DNA of 64,000 nucleotides, taken from assembly GCA_017962315.1 (NCBI GenBank), contig JAGCVN010000096.1, forward strand, positions 199-64,198, in the 5' to 3' direction. Positions 44,925 to 55,365 of this stretch are shown here, one piece after another (the stretch's first letter is position 1; the number at the start of each line of letters is the position of its first letter). Under the pieces are notes generated by a model that did no database searches, was not told where the DNA came from, and saw only the letters and a list, made by a program, of their open reading frames with translations. Source of the DNA: Kiritimatiellia bacterium (GTDB taxonomy: Bacteria > Verrucomicrobiota > Kiritimatiellia > RFP12 > UBA1067). The position numbers and the translations under genes were made by a program.

Positions 44925-47900
44925 ATGAAACGAACGGTTCTACAGGCATGGCGGAAGATTATTCGTGCGGTGGCTCTAGTGGTTTCGGCCGGCACCGCCC
45001 TCGTATCGTTGGCGGTTGCGGCGCCGTCGTTCGTCAACGACGAGGCCGTGTTCTGGCTCGACGCCTCCACGCTCTCGCTTGGCGAGATAAACTCATGGGC
45101 GGACGTGCGCGGCGGCAGCTATCCCGTCGCGAGCAACTGCCGCACCGTGAATCCGAGAGTCATCCAGATATCCAGCGGAGACCTCAGCGGCAAGAAGACC
45201 GTGGATTTCGGCACATACGGCACGGACTGCGACATGAAGTTCCCCGACTACTACACCGTCAAGACGGTGTTCTTCGTGGTTGACGTGGAGGCGACACAGG
45301 GGGCGTTCCTTCTGGGCGGTCCGACGATCAACATGGGGTTCAATCCCTCGTATGCTTTTCATCGCGGCAGCAACGGTCAATACAAGTACAGCAATGCCCC
45401 GGCCTGCTCTTATTGGACTGACGGCGTGAAGGTTGCCAATCCCGGCGGGACGGTGATCCCGACAGGCTACCACCTGATCACCTACAGATTCGATGCCGCC
45501 GACGGCACGTACAAACACAACAACGAGGCCGTGAACGGCGCATGGGTGCAGTTCCTCGCGAGCGACCGCGACAAGTGCAACAACCGCATCGCGGGCAAGC
45601 GTCTGTGCGAGGTGATTGCGTTTACCCGTGCCCTTGACGATTGGGAGCGCTGCCAAGTCGAGGGGTACCTCCGGCAGAAATGGTACGGCGGTTCGGCGGC
45701 GACGCTGGAGGCGGCCGCGTTTGAAATGCTCTGGAAGAAAGCTCAGGTTCGCTTTGACGCGTCCGTTGCGTCCAGCTTCCACTACGACACCGAAGACCCC
45801 ACGAAGGTCGTGCAGTGGGACGACATCTCCGGCAACAACAACAACTTCACCCAGAACACGCTCGCGAAGAACGCGCGGCTCGGCGGACTTTCCGAAATTC
45901 GCGGTAAGCCCGTGTATGACACCGAGGGGTATTCAAGCGGCATCGACCTCGTGCTGAACACGCGCCTCACGACGACGCGCACGGTGTTCATGGTCTGCGA
46001 TGTCATCGCGAACAACAACGTCATGTGGCTCGGCGACCACCAAATGTTGCGCTTCATCCGCGGGTATGACAATTCATATTTCTACCAATATGCGGGCGAA
46101 CAGGTGTACGGCTGGTCCAAGGCCACGATCTGGTGCAACGGCGTGCAGGTGCCAACGAGCAACCAGCCTGAACGAGCGGGCGAGCTATCCGTCTATGTGT
46201 TCCGCGTCCCGGCGAACTGCGAATGGGAATATCTCGGCCTCGACCGCGACTGCGACGGCTATGCCCGTAACGGCGGCAAGCGCGTGGCGGAACTGATCAC
46301 GTTCGACTTCGAGATGCCGGATGCAGCGCTGAATAAAATCACGAACCTCCTCATCGACAAGTGGACGCCGACGGAGGAATACATCAATTCCATCGCACCC
46401 GTTCACGTCGATGCATCGTCTGCCGCCAACTTCAACTACACGGACGCGAACATCACTGGATGGCAGAACGTCGGTCTCGGAGCGGATCTCTACTATTATC
46501 CGCAAGGCTACCTTGAAAACACGCCTTACAACATGAACTACGGCGCATACGGCATGACGAACGGCGTCCCCGCGTTCCTCATGGGTGCGGGCGGGTCGGA
46601 CATCGACCTCGCCTTCGAGCGTCTCACGAACATCCGCACCGTCTTCTGGGCGATGGACATCGACCGTGTGCAGAGGGCGTTCTTCCTCGGCGATCCGCGT
46701 ATGACGGCCGGCCAGGGCGGCGAGTACCATTTCCACCGCGGCGGCAACGGACAGTATGCGGCTGGATATGACAATGGTTTCAGGTACGGCAACCTTGCCT
46801 GTGACGGAACGGTCGTGAACACCACGGGCGACAAGCCCCCGTACGGCATGCATGTGTTCGACCTTTCGGCGTCCAAGAACTGCACGGCCGCCGCAATTTC
46901 CGGCGACAGGTGGTGCGACCACCGCAACGGCGGGCGCGCGATCTCCGAGCTGCTGATCCTCACGAACGAGGTGTGGGGCCTGTCGCGTGTCGGCGTACGT
47001 AAGCGTATTGCGGACAAGTGGACGAAGCGTTGCGGCTGGGCTGGCGCGGGCGACGCGGAATGGGGTGCGGACAAGTACCGCGTGTTTGGCGCGGATGCGA
47101 CAGTTCCCGAGGGCGGCACTGCCGCGAAGGGCATTGGCTTTACGGCGGACATGACGCTTGACGGCGACGCCCTCGCGATCGGGACGGGCGGCTTCTTCGC
47201 GAACGAGGGCGTGACGGCGACCGTCGAGGCGCCCGTGACGGGCGACGTGGGCGTGTTCGGCGCGGGCACGGTGCTGTTTGCGTCGGCGCAGACGCTGCAG
47301 TCGCTCCACGTGGGGTGCAACGCAACCGCCGAGCTGAAGCCCGGCAGCATGATCACCGGCAACCTCACGATGCTCAGGGGGGCCAAAGTCGAGATTGACG
47401 TCTCCGGCCTCGGCGTGAAGGAGTATGCCGAAATCTCCATCGGCGGTACGGTGTCGCTGCCGGAGGGCGGCACGTTCCTCGACTACGTCGCGCTTTCGGA
47501 CGACAGCCACGTTCTCTCGCTCTCCGAGGACGGCAAGAAGATACTGGTGAACGACAGCGTGCCGGTGCGCGCGATCTGGAAGGGCGGCGTGGATTCCACC
47601 GACACCGCAAACTGGACCTGCTACGACGACGCGGGCGACGTGTTGAACAACAAGCTCCCCGGACGCTACGTCACGAACATGGTGCTTCAGGCAAACCTCG
47701 ATTTGCGCGCCTGGCTTGGGGCGTTCATCGCGGCGAATGGGACGATCGACCTTCAAGGCAACAACCTTTTCATCGACAACCTTGACGGCGCGACGTTCTC
47801 CGGCGTGCTGATCACCAACTCCGTTGCCGCCACGACGGCGACGCTGGACGTGACGGTGGCGAACGGCGCGACGGTGAGCGACACCACGGCGAACATCGGC

Positions 47901-48941
47901 GGCAACGTCAAGTTCGTGAAATCCGGCGCGGGCACGTTCGTCGCCTCGCGCACGCAGGGCTACACCGGCGGCACCGAGATCTCGGGCGGCATGCTCAAGG
48001 CCGGCGTCGCCGGAACGAGCAATCCGCTTGGCGCTCATGGCACGGGACTGCTCGTTGGCGCAGGTGCGATCTTCGAAGTAAACGCCAAGGGCGGCTGGGG
48101 CGGCTACGACCTTACGCTCGCGGGCGGCAAGTTGCAGAACACCGGCGGCGGCATGAACGCAAATGCCGGGCTCTTCACCAACATCACGTTCACGGCGAAC
48201 TCGGAAATCTCGATGCCGAACTACAGCCAGTGGGCGCTTGCAGGCGCGAACTACGATCCGGTCACGATTTACCTGGATGGGAACACGCTTAAGTCCGACA
48301 TCTATCCGGTGGACATAAACCTCATCTTCTGCAATGTGAGCTTCGTCGGAGGCGGATACTTCAACGTCAACAGCGGCGGCAACTTCCAGACCGGCGTGAA
48401 GGGGACGGCTGCGGCGAACAACGAGATTGTCGCCACGGATGTCGATCTGCGCATGAACGCGGCGATGAGGCTGTATGCGCCGATCAGCGTCCGCAACTAC
48501 GAGGCGGCTTATGGCAGTCTCGACTGGGTTGGCTGCGACAGCACCGAGAACGCGGAGCTGAAGGTCCATGGCGCGTTCAAGCCGTCGAGCCACGACTGCT
48601 TCTACGGCTGCACGATGATGGACGGATCGTCGTTCGATCTCTCGAACAGGACTGGGGAGGGCAAGTTGCCGTTCTACCTGACGGCAGACATGAAAACTGA
48701 AAGCGCAAGCTGTGCGCACAAGTCGGTGACGTTCGCTCCGGGTGCGACGGTGACGGTGGACCTCACGCCGTTCGACGTGAAGGCGCTCGTCAACACCTAC
48801 GTGCTCACGTGGGACGCAAAGCCGGCGGACAGCGTCAAGTTCGTGCCGGACGCGCCGACGATGCGCCGTGGTTATGGGTTTGCGAAGGACAGCGGCGGCT
48901 TGCGGCTCATCACAAGCGGTTTCTCGGTATTCGTGAAATAA
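44925..48941 (+). CDS. giant secreted protein: three LamG-like modules + autotransporter-associated beta-strand (PATR) repeats
   Basis: ATG at 44925 has an AAGGAA RBS. Three ~250-aa paralogous modules end in ...VIAFTRAL..YLRQKWYG, ...LITFDFEM..LLIDKWT and ...LLILTNEV..RIADKWTK. KSGAGTFVASRTQGYTGGTEISGGMLKAG is a PATR unit. Confidence 0.75.
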   Translation: MKRTVLQAWRKIIRAVALVVSAGTALVSLAVAAPSFVNDEAVFWLDASTLSLGEINSWADVRGGSYPVASNCRTVNPRVIQISSGDLSGKKTVDFGTYGTDCDMKFPDYYTVKTVFFVVDVEATQGAFLLGGPTINMGFNPSYAFHRGSNGQYKYSNAPACSYWTDGVKVANPGGTVIPTGYHLITYRFDAADGTYKHNNEAVNGAWVQFLASDRDKCNNRIAGKRLCEVIAFTRALDDWERCQVEGYLRQKWYGGSAATLEAAAFEMLWKKAQVRFDASVASSFHYDTEDPTKVVQWDDISGNNNNFTQNTLAKNARLGGLSEIRGKPVYDTEGYSSGIDLVLNTRLTTTRTVFMVCDVIANNNVMWLGDHQMLRFIRGYDNSYFYQYAGEQVYGWSKATIWCNGVQVPTSNQPERAGELSVYVFRVPANCEWEYLGLDRDCDGYARNGGKRVAELITFDFEMPDAALNKITNLLIDKWTPTEEYINSIAPVHVDASSAANFNYTDANITGWQNVGLGADLYYYPQGYLENTPYNMNYGAYGMTNGVPAFLMGAGGSDIDLAFERLTNIRTVFWAMDIDRVQRAFFLGDPRMTAGQGGEYHFHRGGNGQYAAGYDNGFRYGNLACDGTVVNTTGDKPPYGMHVFDLSASKNCTAAAISGDRWCDHRNGGRAISELLILTNEVWGLSRVGVRKRIADKWTKRCGWAGAGDAEWGADKYRVFGADATVPEGGTAAKGIGFTADMTLDGDALAIGTGGFFANEGVTATVEAPVTGDVGVFGAGTVLFASAQTLQSLHVGCNATAELKPGSMITGNLTMLRGAKVEIDVSGLGVKEYAEISIGGTVSLPEGGTFLDYVALSDDSHVLSLSEDGKKILVNDSVPVRAIWKGGVDSTDTANWTCYDDAGDVLNNKLPGRYVTNMVLQANLDLRAWLGAFIAANGTIDLQGNNLFIDNLDGATFSGVLITNSVAATTATLDVTVANGATVSDTTANIGGNVKFVKSGAGTFVASRTQGYTGGTEISGGMLKAGVAGTSNPLGAHGTGLLVGAGAIFEVNAKGGWGGYDLTLAGGKLQNTGGGMNANAGLFTNITFTANSEISMPNYSQWALAGANYDPVTIYLDGNTLKSDIYPVDINLIFCNVSFVGGGYFNVNSGGNFQTGVKGTAAANNEIVATDVDLRMNAAMRLYAPISVRNYEAAYGSLDWVGCDSTENAELKVHGAFKPSSHDCFYGCTMMDGSSFDLSNRTGEGKLPFYLTADMKTESASCAHKSVTFAPGATVTVDLTPFDVKALVNTYVLTWDAKPADSVKFVPDAPTMRRGYGFAKDSGGLRLITSGFSVFVK

Positions 48942-48994
48942 GGTTTTGGAAATGGTCACAAATCGCAATTGTGAACAATTACGATTTGTGGCCA

Positions 48995-51493
48995 ATGAAT
49001 ACGGAGATGAAAATGGGCTTGGAAAGAGTAGCGATAATTGCGGCGGTTGCGGCGGGATTGGCGTTCCCGCTGTGCGCCGAGGAGGTGACGGGCGACGATG
49101 CGTTGGCTGCCGTCGCCGGATGGGTGAACGTGAAGGCAGCCTTGGGCGAAGATTTCACGGCGCAGCCCGCGAGCGTGCGGGAATACCCGGCGAAGGATGG
49201 CGTCGGCAAGTTCTACGTGGTGAGCCTCGAAGGTGGCGGTTTCGTGGTCACGTCGGGCGATACGGAGCTTGAGCCGGTGATCGCTTACTCGAAGGACGGC
49301 ACGTGGGTGGATGATGCGGCGAAGAACCCGCTGTTGGTGATGCTCCCGATCGATGTGGAAGCGGCAATGATGGCCGAACTGAGTTCGGCCACCCCTTTGT
49401 CAAGCACCGGCGGTCGGCGGCTCGCGGCGGCCGCTCCCAATACCAAGGCGGTGAAGTGGGCCGAGCTCATGGCGGCCGCTGCGCCGCAAAAGGGCGGCGC
49501 GCGCCTTCAGGCGGGCCGTACAACCTCCAACCCCAATGACCTGCGCGTGGGCAAGCTGCTCGCCACCACATGGGGACAGGGCGATCCAAGTCGAGCACGT
49601 GTGGCGTACAACTACTACACGCCCACGAAGGCCGCCAACTCCAACTACCGCTTCTACAGCGGCTGCGTGGCGACGGCGGGCGGGCAGATCATGTACTACC
49701 ACAAGTGGCCGCAGTCCAGCGTCACCCTGCTCAAGAACTACACGAAGACGTTCGAGAACAACCGTATCTACACCGCAACGGACGGCTACCAGACCGCGAA
49801 GGGCAGCGCCTACGTCAATTGGGATGATGTGCCGTTCGGCGGAACATACAATTGGAACAAGATGGCCGGTACCACGACCACCACATACTGGGGTACGACT
49901 ACAACGTATTCAGACGAAGAGAAGCAGGCCATCGGCAAGCTGTTACGCGACATCGGCATTTCGGTGTACATGAACTACGCTTCGGACGGCAGCGGTGCGC
50001 AGTACAGTTGCCTGTATCTGCGTCTCCTGGACCAGTTCGGCTACGCCAACGCCGCCTACAAGTACGGCCTGACAGAAGACGAATGGAAGCGAGGCATCCT
50101 CTCGAACCTCGACGCGAAGCTCCCAGTCGCCGTGGGCGTGCCGGGGCACGCCATCGTCGCGGACGGCTACGGCTACCAGAACGGTACGCTGTACATCCAC
50201 TTCAACATGGGCTGGGAAGGGTCGAGCGACGCCTGGTACAATCCTCCAGACCTCACACAGGCGGGATCGGCGTACAGTTCGTTCGACACCCTCGTTTACA
50301 ACATCTACTCCGAGGGGACTCCCGACTGCACGATCGTGAGCGGGCGCATCAAGAACACGTCCGGCACGGTGATGTCCGGCGTTACCGTGACGGCGGTGAA
50401 CCGCACGAGCGGCGCGCGTATCACCGCGACGACCGATGACAAGGGAATCTACGCGCTCTTTCTTCCGGCGGGGTCGTACTCCGTCGGTACGAGCGACGGG
50501 GCGGGAAGCGCGGTCGCGACGAACGTGACCGTGGAGGCGTGCGAATCGACGCGACTTGCGCGTGAGACGATGGAGCAGGAGGCTTCCGGGGCCTTATATG
50601 GCGGCACGGGCAAGATACGTAACATCCATGGCGTCGAGATGCAGCTTGCGGCAGTCGCGGTACCCGTGATCTCGCCCGTGGACGGTACGACGTTCTACGG
50701 CTCCTCGCGCACGGTGAAGATCACATGCGCCGACGCGGCGGCGGAGATCCGCTACACGCTTGACGGCAGCGAGCCGACGGCGTCCAGCGCACTCTACGAA
50801 GGACAGTTCGCCGTTTCCGCCACGACCACGGTCAAGGCCAAGGCGTTCCTGTGCGGCGAGTGGAGCGGCGCGACGACGTCCGCCACGCTCACGAAGGACG
50901 CGTACTACGGCGCGGGCGGACTCTATCCTGATACGAAGGAGAACCACGCGGCGCACTGGCTTGACGAACGTGCGGCGATGCAGGAGGCGACGGGTACGTG
51001 GTCCAACGCCGTCGATTACGTGAACAGCAAGGTCACCTTCACCGAGGGCAACGAATTCACGATGACGGAACCGTCGAAGGGCGCGACGACGACGATTTTC
51101 ATGAAGCTTTCCTTCGACACCTGGGGCGCGGACACGGACACCGACTTCGGCGACGTCAAGGCGGGCGTGCGCGTGAGCACGAACGGCTGCTTCCAGGCGT
51201 ATGCGTTCGCGGACGGCGCGAAGCGATGGATCAACCTGACGGGGGTGACGCCTCAGGCGAACACCGACTACACCGTGAAGCTTGTGCTGAACAACAACCG
51301 TATGACCTACTCAGTGGCGATCGTCAACGGCAACGTTGAAACGCCGCTCACGAGCAACGGCCTTGCGGATTTCGCCTTCGCGAACCAGAAACGCACGCGG
51401 GTGGAGAAGGTGCTGTTCAATGGTGAAGGCAAGGTTGAGTCGCTTGAAGGCAGCTACAAGCCGTACAATGGCGTCTACATCAGCGTGAAGTAA
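48995..51493 (+). CDS. secreted C10 (SpeB-like) cysteine peptidase, paralog 2
   Basis: The start at 48995 avoids overlap with the upstream gene. The Spi propeptide is FYVVSLEGGGFVVTSGDTELEPVIAYS. The catalytic Cys is in YSGCVATAGGQIMYYHKWP and the catalytic His in HAIVADGYGYQNGTLYIHFNMGWEGSSDAWY. CarboxypepD_reg and CHB_HEX_C domains follow. The C-terminal domain is paralogous to that of the 1706-aa protein. Confidence 0.85.
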   Translation: MNTEMKMGLERVAIIAAVAAGLAFPLCAEEVTGDDALAAVAGWVNVKAALGEDFTAQPASVREYPAKDGVGKFYVVSLEGGGFVVTSGDTELEPVIAYSKDGTWVDDAAKNPLLVMLPIDVEAAMMAELSSATPLSSTGGRRLAAAAPNTKAVKWAELMAAAAPQKGGARLQAGRTTSNPNDLRVGKLLATTWGQGDPSRARVAYNYYTPTKAANSNYRFYSGCVATAGGQIMYYHKWPQSSVTLLKNYTKTFENNRIYTATDGYQTAKGSAYVNWDDVPFGGTYNWNKMAGTTTTTYWGTTTTYSDEEKQAIGKLLRDIGISVYMNYASDGSGAQYSCLYLRLLDQFGYANAAYKYGLTEDEWKRGILSNLDAKLPVAVGVPGHAIVADGYGYQNGTLYIHFNMGWEGSSDAWYNPPDLTQAGSAYSSFDTLVYNIYSEGTPDCTIVSGRIKNTSGTVMSGVTVTAVNRTSGARITATTDDKGIYALFLPAGSYSVGTSDGAGSAVATNVTVEACESTRLARETMEQEASGALYGGTGKIRNIHGVEMQLAAVAVPVISPVDGTTFYGSSRTVKITCADAAAEIRYTLDGSEPTASSALYEGQFAVSATTTVKAKAFLCGEWSGATTSATLTKDAYYGAGGLYPDTKENHAAHWLDERAAMQEATGTWSNAVDYVNSKVTFTEGNEFTMTEPSKGATTTIFMKLSFDTWGADTDTDFGDVKAGVRVSTNGCFQAYAFADGAKRWINLTGVTPQANTDYTVKLVLNNNRMTYSVAIVNGNVETPLTSNGLADFAFANQKRTRVEKVLFNGEGKVESLEGSYKPYNGVYISVK

Positions 51494-51649
51494 ACTCGGA
51501 TGCCTCTCCGTTTTCATTTATGCGGACTGCGATTTGAAAACAGTCAAGACGACCCTTGAAAAAACTTGTCCGACGGGGTCACCTTGAACGTTCCACCTCG
51601 CCCTTGTAGCAAGGCCGGGGCGGCTTTGTCGGTTGGTTAAAAATTGAAG

Positions 51650-52015
51650 GATGATGTACATTTCCGCACGAGGCGCGGGCGGCGGGCTTGCCGATAAGTT
51701 CGATTGGTGACAACCGAAACAACGTGTAAAGACAACATCCTTCTTTCGCCGCGCAACGGTGCGGCGTTTTCAAAACCGCGCATGGTTGTGCGCGGAAGAA
51801 CCAAACGTTGTTTTCAAGTTGTTCAAGTTGTTTTCAGAAACTTCCCGTGCGAGCGCGGACGGGGGCTTGCCTATAAAATGTCATTTATCCCCATGAATGC
51901 TCCCACGCGCGGCGCGGTCGCTCCGCTCTCGTCTCTAACTTCACCCCACGGCTTACCGGGGACAGTATAGCAAGTTATCCGAATCGAATCACTCGCGCCA
52001 AGGCACGAGCGGGGG
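51650..52015. repeat. mosaic intergenic repeat, locus 5 (B-tail, B, F, C, forward)
   Basis: GTTCGATTGGTGACAACCGAAACAAC...CTTCACCCCACGGCTTACCGGGGACAGTATAGCAAGTTATCCGAATCGA aligns with loci 2, 3 and 4. Confidence 0.75.
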
Positions 52016-52187
52016 CAGCCGCAAAAGCTTTGACGAACCACAAAGTTATCCACGCTACTCGAAAGAAGAAATGAAAGTTGCGACAATACGGACAGCGGTG
52101 GCATTGTCCCTCCCGTTCTTTGCGATCAATCTGGTCGACAATGCGTGGGGGTATAGTGCCGGAGCTGAAAAAAGTTCAATTTTCGGC

Positions 52188-52216
52188 TTGCATTGTGCCT
52201 TGGAATTGGCTAAGAT
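52188..52216 (+). promoter_or_regulatory. candidate sigma70-type promoter of the fusA-S10 operon
   Basis: TTGCAT (52188-52193), a 17-nt spacer, then TAAGAT (52211-52216). Confidence 0.35.
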
Positions 52217-52276
52217 AGCCGGACTTTGCCTATGGAAGGCAGGGGAACGTGTTCTTTGAGAGCAGGAAGTGATTCA

Positions 52277-54412
52277 GTGAGCGTCTTGGAAAGCAAAGCG
52301 AAACATGCGGAAAACGTCTCCGCGGGCGGAAGCCCGGCGGGGGACGTCCGGCTTTGCGATATCCGGAACATCGGCATCGTGGCCCACATCGACGCGGGCA
52401 AGACGACGACGACCGAGCGTATCCTTTTCTATGCAGGGCGCACGCACCGTCTCGGAAACGTGGACGAGGGCAACACGGTCACGGACTGGATGATCCAGGA
52501 GCGCGAGCGCGGGATAACCATCACCAGCGCCGCGATCACCTGTTTCTGGCTCGGGAAGTGCATCAACCTCATCGACACCCCGGGACACGTTGATTTTACG
52601 ATTGAGGTCGAACGCTCATTGCGCGTATTGGACGGCGCGGTGGGCGTTTTCTGTGCCGTCGGCGGCGTACAGCCGCAGTCGGAGACCGTCTGGCGTCAGG
52701 CGGACCGGTACAACGTGCCGCGCCTTGCCTTCGTCAATAAGATGGATCGCATGGGGGCGGATTTCGACCGTTGCGTGTCGGAAATCCGGACGAAGCTCCA
52801 CGCGAACGCCGTGCGGGTCGAGATCCCGATCGGGAAAGAAGACGGTTTCAAGGGCACGATCGACCTTTTGGAGCGCAAGGCCCATTTCTACGACGAGGCG
52901 AGTTCGGGGCGCGAGGTGGAAGTCACCGAGATCCCGGAGGAGCTGAAGGTGGAGGCCGAGTCGGCGCGCGAGGAGCTGTGCGAGAAGTGCGCGGACGCGG
53001 ACGACGAGACAGCGGAAAAGTATTTGGAGAATCCGGACTTGTCGGCGGAAGAGCTGCGCGCGTCGCTGCGGCGCAGCGTGGTCGCCGGCAAGCTGGTTCC
53101 GGTACTCTGCGGCTCCTCCCTGCGCGACAAGGGCGTCCAGCAGCTGTTGGACGCCGTCGTGTGGTACCTGCCTTCGCCCGAAGACCGGCCGCCGGTCGAG
53201 GCGACCGACCTCAAGACGGAGGCGAAGGTGACGCGGGACTGCGACGCGGGGGCGCCGTTGACGTCGCTGGTCTTCAAGATCGCGACGGACCCCTACGTGG
53301 GACGCCTTTTCTTCGTGCGCGTCTACGGCGGCATCCTGAAGAAAGGGCAGAACGTCTTCAATCCGCGGACGCGGAAACGCGAGCGTGTGATGAAGCTGGT
53401 GAAGCTCTCGGCGGACGAGCAGACGGAGGTCGAAGCCCTCCGGACAGGTGAGATCGGGGCGATTGTCGGGCTAAAGCAGACGACGACGGGCGACACGCTG
53501 TGCGCGGAGTTCCAGCCTTGCTACCTGGAGCGGATCACGGTGCCGGAACCCGTTATGAGCATCGCGATCGAACCGAAGAGCAGCGCGGACAAAGGGAAGC
53601 TGCAGGATTCCCTGGAGCAGCTGGCGGCGGAAGACCCTACCTGCCAGGTGCGCGTGGACGAAGAGACGGGGCAGATGATCTTGAGCGGCATGGGCGAGCT
53701 CCACCTGGAGATCCTGGTGGATCGGCTGCGCCGCGAATTCAAGTGCGGGGCGAACACGGGCAAGCCGATGGTGTCGTACTACGAGACCGTTTCGGGGACG
53801 GGGAAGAGCGACTTCCTCTTCGACCAGACGGTGGGCGGGAAGCGGCTCTGTGCGGGCGTCACCGTGGAGGTTTCGCCGCGGAAACGCGGAAGCGGGTACG
53901 CGGTGGAAGTCGCGCCGGCCGCGAAGCGCGGTTTGCCGGACGAGCGATTGGCCGGCAACATCGAGCAGGGATTGACGAACGGCATCCTGACCGGGGTGCT
54001 GGCGCGGTATCCGATGACGGACGTGCTGGCCAAGGTCACGGCCGTTTCGGTGACGGATGAAGAGGCGGCGACAGACGTGGCCTTCGTGACCGCGGCCGTG
54101 ATGGGGTTCCGCGAGGCGGCGAAGGCCGCCGGACCGGAGCTGCTGGAGCCGATCATGTCCCTCGACATCGTGACGCCGCCCGAGTATGTGGGCGACATCA
54201 TGGGGGACATCAACGGGCGCCGGGGCGCGGTGCGCGACATGACGATGCGTGGGGACATGCAGATCGTGCGTGCGGACGTGCCGCTGGCGGAACTTTTCGG
54301 GTACGCGACCGCAATCCGCTCGCTTTCGCGCGGGCGCGCCGGCTACACGATGGAGCCTGGCGCTTTTGCGGAGGTGCCCCGGACAGTGCGAGAACAACTA
54401 CTGAACAGGTAA
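52277..54412 (+). CDS. fusA: translation elongation factor G
   Basis: A GTG at 52277 lies 7 nt after AGGAAG. The ORF-track ATG at 52226 would fall almost at the predicted TSS. Motifs include [24 protein letters not shown] and DTPGHVDF. Confidence 0.9.
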   Translation: MSVLESKAKHAENVSAGGSPAGDVRLCDIRNIGIVAHIDAGKTTTTERILFYAGRTHRLGNVDEGNTVTDWMIQERERGITITSAAITCFWLGKCINLIDTPGHVDFTIEVERSLRVLDGAVGVFCAVGGVQPQSETVWRQADRYNVPRLAFVNKMDRMGADFDRCVSEIRTKLHANAVRVEIPIGKEDGFKGTIDLLERKAHFYDEASSGREVEVTEIPEELKVEAESAREELCEKCADADDETAEKYLENPDLSAEELRASLRRSVVAGKLVPVLCGSSLRDKGVQQLLDAVVWYLPSPEDRPPVEATDLKTEAKVTRDCDAGAPLTSLVFKIATDPYVGRLFFVRVYGGILKKGQNVFNPRTRKRERVMKLVKLSADEQTEVEALRTGEIGAIVGLKQTTTGDTLCAEFQPCYLERITVPEPVMSIAIEPKSSADKGKLQDSLEQLAAEDPTCQVRVDEETGQMILSGMGELHLEILVDRLRREFKCGANTGKPMVSYYETVSGTGKSDFLFDQTVGGKRLCAGVTVEVSPRKRGSGYAVEVAPAAKRGLPDERLAGNIEQGLTNGILTGVLARYPMTDVLAKVTAVSVTDEEAATDVAFVTAAVMGFREAAKAAGPELLEPIMSLDIVTPPEYVGDIMGDINGRRGAVRDMTMRGDMQIVRADVPLAELFGYATAIRSLSRGRAGYTMEPGAFAEVPRTVREQLLNR

Positions 54413-54418
54413 GAGAGA

Positions 54419-54727
54419 ATGCAAAGCCAAAGGATACGCATTCGTTTGCAGGCGTACGATCACAGAATGCTGGACCAGGCCGTGACGAACATCATCGACA
54501 CGGCCCGTGGGACGGGCGCGCAGGTCGTGGGGCCGATTCCGCTGCCAACGCGGATCGAGCGCTTCACGGTGAACCGCAGCCCGAACGTCGACAAGAAGTC
54601 GATGGACCAGTTCGAGATGCGTACGCACAAGCGTCTGCTCGACATTGTGGGACCGACCGCGAAGACGGTCGACGAGCTGAAGAAACTGAATCTGCCTGCT
54701 GGCGTGGACATCACCATCCGGGTGTAA
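54419..54727 (+). CDS. rpsJ: 30S ribosomal protein S10
   Basis: [19 protein letters not shown]...GPIPLPT is canonical S10. Confidence 0.95.
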   Translation: MQSQRIRIRLQAYDHRMLDQAVTNIIDTARGTGAQVVGPIPLPTRIERFTVNRSPNVDKKSMDQFEMRTHKRLLDIVGPTAKTVDELKKLNLPAGVDITIRV

Positions 54728-54737
54728 GGAGAAGACC

Positions 54738-55364
54738 ATGAAAGGCTTAATCGGCAGGAAAATCGGGATGACCCAGGTCTATGACGACCAGGGTGTGCGC
54801 GTCCCTGTCACGGTCATCGAGGCCGGCCCGTGCCCTGTGGTGCAGGTCAAGACCCTCGATCGCGACGGGTATGTCGCGGCGCAGCTTGCGTTCGGGAAGC
54901 AGAAGGCCAGCCGCCTCACGAAGGCGGAGAGGACCCGCTTCGAGAAGGCGGGGCTTGAGACCATGCGCGAGCTGAAGGAGTTCGACCTCGACGAGGGCGA
55001 CGCCCCCAAGACGGGCGACGTCGTCACGGTCGACATCTTCAAGGACATCAAGTACGTGAACGTGCGCGGCGTGACCAAGGGCAAGGGGTTCCAGGGCGTC
55101 ATGCACAGGTGGGGGATGCACGGCGGCCCGATGGGTCACGGCAGCCACACCAAGCGCCGCCCCGGCTCCATCGGTGCGCGCGACCTCCCCGGCTGGGTCC
55201 ACAAGGGCAAGAAGATGCCTGGCGACACGGGCGCGGAGAACCGCAAGGCGTTGAACCTGCGCGTGGTGCAGGTCCGCCCGGAAGACAACCTGATCCTCGT
55301 CGTCGGCTCCGTCCCGGGGCCCCGCAACGGCGTGGTCTACGTCACGAAAGCGTTGAGGAAGTAG
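54738..55364 (+). CDS. rplC: 50S ribosomal protein L3
   Basis: GLIGRKIGMTQVY...GKGFQGVMHRWGM. Position in the operon agrees. Confidence 0.95.
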   Translation: MKGLIGRKIGMTQVYDDQGVRVPVTVIEAGPCPVVQVKTLDRDGYVAAQLAFGKQKASRLTKAERTRFEKAGLETMRELKEFDLDEGDAPKTGDVVTVDIFKDIKYVNVRGVTKGKGFQGVMHRWGMHGGPMGHGSHTKRRPGSIGARDLPGWVHKGKKMPGDTGAENRKALNLRVVQVRPEDNLILVVGSVPGPRNGVVYVTKALRK

Positions 55365-55365
55365 C

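Noticed and set aside
48809-48994. 62-aa N-terminal extension of the second C10 protease ORF
   Set aside because: It overlaps the end of the upstream giant gene. The ATG at 48995 yields a typical signal peptide (MNTEMKMGLERVAIIAAVAAGLAFPLCA).
46185-48995. 936-aa minus-strand ORF antisense to the LamG/PATR giant gene
   Set aside because: Same reasoning. It is an antisense stop-free frame in GC-rich coding DNA with no recognisable domain.
48900-51493. Shared C-terminal ...G-x-x-[VI]-x-VK ending (GFSVFVK, GVYISVK) as a sorting signal
   Set aside because: In the 1706-aa paralog the equivalent sequence (AVEVVEFK) is internal. It is therefore a domain boundary rather than a C-terminal signal, and the match to the LamG/PATR protein is too short to be meaningful.
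52226-52276. ATG at 52226 as the EF-G start (ORF-track start)
   Set aside because: It would sit at the predicted transcription start and lacks an RBS. The GTG at 52277 has AGGAAG at the proper spacing and gives a normal EF-G length. This is still uncertain.
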